This document shows, in pieces, positions 61,922 through 64,000 of a stretch of 64,000 nucleotides of DNA. The translations under genes were made by a program, and so were the position numbers. The stretch covers positions 730-64,729 of IMG/VR virus record IMGVR_UViG_3300047440_000490; one strand, written 5' to 3'. A model generated the notes under the pieces. It was not told the DNA's origin and ran no database searches. It saw only the letters and a list, made by a program, of their open reading frames with translations. Every line of letters starts with the position of its first letter. The stretch's first letter is position 1. The DNA is from a virus (Duplodnaviria; Caudoviricetes).

Positions 61922-62143
61922 GAACACGACGAAGTCCGCGGAATCAGGAAATACTCTGGCGCCGGCTCGGACAGATCGCCACGCCATTTGACCGCCGGCC
62001 GTGCTGCGTGAAATGCGGCGCGCGGTACTACTTGTCCATTGTGCATAAATGCCGGCCGAGCGATCTGGGCCGGCACTGGGAAATGTTGAAAAAGTTTCGC
62101 AGCCAGGATGATTAGGGCCGGGGCTCGAACGATGATGAACCAA

Positions 62144-62176
62144 ACGGCCGGAGAGTAGAAATACTCCCCGGCCGTC
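62144..62176. terminator. Hairpin between convergent arms
   Basis: ACGGCCGGAGAGT-N6-ACTCCCCGGCCGT. Confidence 0.65.
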
Positions 62177-62180
62177 GTGT

Positions 62181-62705
62181 TTACGGGTTGGGATCGTCGA
62201 CAGGGACCGGATCAGGCGTGGGCGCCGGATCCGGAACCGGCGTGGGATCCGGAACAGGAACAGGGTCGGGCATGGGCGCTGGTACCGTGTTCGTCGACAG
62301 CGCGGCCTGAATCGCATCGGCTTCGGAGCGAAGCTTTGACGCGAGTCCGGTGATTGACGCCAGGTTCTGCGGCAGGGCGCCGTTGTTGACGTCGGCCGCT
62401 ACAGCTGCATCGATCAATGCCGGCACGGATTGAATGTATTTGATTGCCGAATCAGCGACTGTGGTTTCGGCTTCGACTGCTGCCGTGAGATCTGCGACAG
62501 CTTGAGAAAGTGGATCCATAGAACGTTCCTCCGAGGTCGGGGTTGTACCCGGCGCGCCGGCTGGCGCCGTAGAGCCGAGGGCGGTTGAAAGTTTCGAACT
62601 AGAACGGGACAGCAATTCGGTTGCGGCGCGAATCTGCTCAGATATGCCGGCAGCCTTGGTTTCGTCGGGAATATGAATGTGGATATGAATCTCAATAAAT
62701 TTCAC
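62181..62705 (-). CDS. Ala-rich coiled-coil protein with Pro-Asp repeats (second in-frame start at 62519)
   Basis: GTG start at 62705. GGAGG-ATG at 62519. (PDP.PV)n tail. Confidence 0.6.
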   Translation of the reverse strand: MKFIEIHIHIHIPDETKAAGISEQIRAATELLSRSSSKLSTALGSTAPAGAPGTTPTSEERSMDPLSQAVADLTAAVEAETTVADSAIKYIQSVPALIDAAVAADVNNGALPQNLASITGLASKLRSEADAIQAALSTNTVPAPMPDPVPVPDPTPVPDPAPTPDPVPVDDPNP

Positions 62706-63259
62706 TTCGTCATGCTCCAGGTCTTGACGGCGCAATTTAGCGCAGCATCGCACACCGCGAGTCGAAAAACGTGCGCGCCGGCGGAAACTGATTTCGCGTT
62801 CCAGCGAACATAGAACGAGTTTGGTAAAACGTCCAAGCCATTTCCGAACGGGGTAGCGATTTTTCCATCGACTTCCAACTTTCCGATCACAACTCCCGTG
62901 TTGTCGGTCGCTGTTACCGTCGCGGCCAGGCCGGCCGTCGCCGTTACCAGTTTTACGGCGCCGCTGGTGATATCGATGCCGGCGCTATTGGTGACGCTGG
63001 CGATGACGGGAAGTTCCAGGTCCGTCGTCGCTGGCGTCGTGCTGACGGATACGTCGAAACGTGGGTTCGGCACATTCGTAAACTTGAACGTGATGGCCGG
63101 CCCGTCGCCGATGGTGGGAAGGCAGCTGTATGCAACGTCGTGATCGGGGAACGATTTCACGGGCAGTTGCGCGGCGTCCATTAAGCTCATTATTGGCCAA
63201 GCGACGACAGTGGCCAGCAATCCAGTAATCAGCAGGTTCCACGGAAACTTCAATTTCAT
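62702..63259 (-). CDS. Exported/membrane protein with C-terminal Ig-like domain
   Basis: N-terminal hydrophobic helix. ATDNTGV...VDG...WN......G.H.....A.DAA.N pattern. Confidence 0.7.
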   Translation of the reverse strand: MKLKFPWNLLITGLLATVVAWPIMSLMDAAQLPVKSFPDHDVAYSCLPTIGDGPAITFKFTNVPNPRFDVSVSTTPATTDLELPVIASVTNSAGIDITSGAVKLVTATAGLAATVTATDNTGVVIGKLEVDGKIATPFGNGLDVLPNSFYVRWNAKSVSAGAHVFRLAVCDAALNCAVKTWSMTK

Positions 63260-63567
63260 ACTTTCTCCTTTTTCTGCGCCGGCGGTATCACGCCGGCAGC
63301 TCTCAAATACGATCGAACAGTCTTCGGGTCGCAGTCCATGACCGCGGCAATCTTGGCCATCGTCCAGCCTTCCACCGTGTACATCTTCGCCATGTCGGCG
63401 CGGACGGCCGCTTTGCCGCGGGGCTCGTCGTCGTCCTGCTCCAGAACGATTGGACGTAGGCGCGGTCTGTGACCGCGCTCTAACGCTGTCACGCGTTCCA
63501 CCAGGTTCGCCAGGACGATACCAATCAGGGATCCAGGCTGATCGTCTACGGTTTCGTCGGCGGCCAT
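63256..63567 (-). CDS. HTH DNA-binding protein
   Basis: MY...GWT...IA....C...TVR.YL..AGV. Confidence 0.7.
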   Translation of the reverse strand: MAADETVDDQPGSLIGIVLANLVERVTALERGHRPRLRPIVLEQDDDEPRGKAAVRADMAKMYTVEGWTMAKIAAVMDCDPKTVRSYLRAAGVIPPAQKKEKV

Positions 63568-63749
63568 TCGCTCATCGGGTGTAGGCGATCGGTTGGAAGT
63601 GGCGGCGTCGGCGTGGCCGGCTGAACCAGCTGCGGCGCCGGGCCCGAATTGATTTGAACATCAAATTCCACGCCTTGAAAATCCTCCGGCACGCATGAAG
63701 TCACGCTCAACGTGCATAAAATCGCGAACAGTCTGCCTACTTTGCCCAC
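63546..63749 (-). CDS. Small putative lipoprotein
   Basis: MGKVGRLFAILCTLSVTS-C lipobox-like N-terminus. Pro-rich. Confidence 0.45.
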   Translation of the reverse strand: MGKVGRLFAILCTLSVTSCVPEDFQGVEFDVQINSGPAPQLVQPATPTPPLPTDRLHPMSEWPPTKP

Positions 63750-64000
63750 AGTTTGGGCTCCTTCCGTTTTTTCGTTTTGAGCACGGGATACTTGATCGCG
63801 TGGATCGTCTCACGTTGCGGCCGTTCGTAGACGATGTATGCCGAGTCTGGCAGCTGCAGCGCGTATCCCAATTGCGCCAGGCCGAACGCATCGGCCATAT
63901 TGTGATCCAGGATCGGTAATCCGGCTTTCTGAACGCACGCGAGCATCATGTCTTTGTCGGCATTCCCATTGCCAGTGACAAATTTCTTAACGGACTTCGG
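63737..64000 (-). CDS. RuvC-like Holliday junction resolvase (5'-truncated by window edge)
   Basis: P.SVKKFVTGNGNADK..M...D.N.ADAFGLA. Confidence 0.85.
   Translation of the reverse strand, partial: PKSVKKFVTGNGNADKDMMLACVQKAGLPILDHNMADAFGLAQLGYALQLPDSAYIVYERPQRETIHAIKYPVLKTKKRKEPKLWAK

Noticed and set aside
1-64000. CRISPR array or cas operon, prompted by two Cas4-like genes
   Set aside because: No regularly spaced repeats and no cas1/cas2 or effector genes seen. Solo Cas4-like nucleases are common in phages.
1-64000. Genome-wide stop-codon reassignment, prompted by in-frame stop-ATG junctions at 13525/13526, 29997/29998 and 40188/40189
   Set aside because: Core genes are intact under the standard code and no suppressor tRNA is present.

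Overview
The window is almost certainly most of a circularly permuted, GC-rich tailed dsDNA phage genome of podovirus type (no tape measure; three ejection-protein-like genes). Layout: (1) minus-strand replication genes (O-like initiator with internal iterons, DnaC-like loader), probably continuing into the minus-strand RuvC-like gene at the far end of the window; (2) a plus-strand arm (2.8-19.5 kb) with recombination and exonuclease genes, a two-frame C5 DNA methyltransferase and a 9-kb cluster of 5 glycosyltransferases and 5 SAM methyltransferases; (3) a minus-strand late arm (19.4-53.4 kb) with terminase, portal, scaffold, capsid, adaptors, lysis genes, a split nozzle, ejection proteins, a Tad1-like anti-defence gene and three tRNA or tRNA-like genes; (4) a ~0.75-kb non-coding switch region with a dif-like Xer site; (5) an early plus-strand arm interrupted by an IS1595 element with passenger genes. 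No integrase or CI repressor is visible. Best leads: a tRNA with an initiator-type acceptor stem but a UAU anticodon, in a genome whose terminase appears to start at ATC; the glycan/methylation cluster; virion-type proteins carrying signal peptides; a dif-like site at a strand-skew flip; and several unannotated structured RNAs. All product calls come from motif recognition by eye and no database searches were run.
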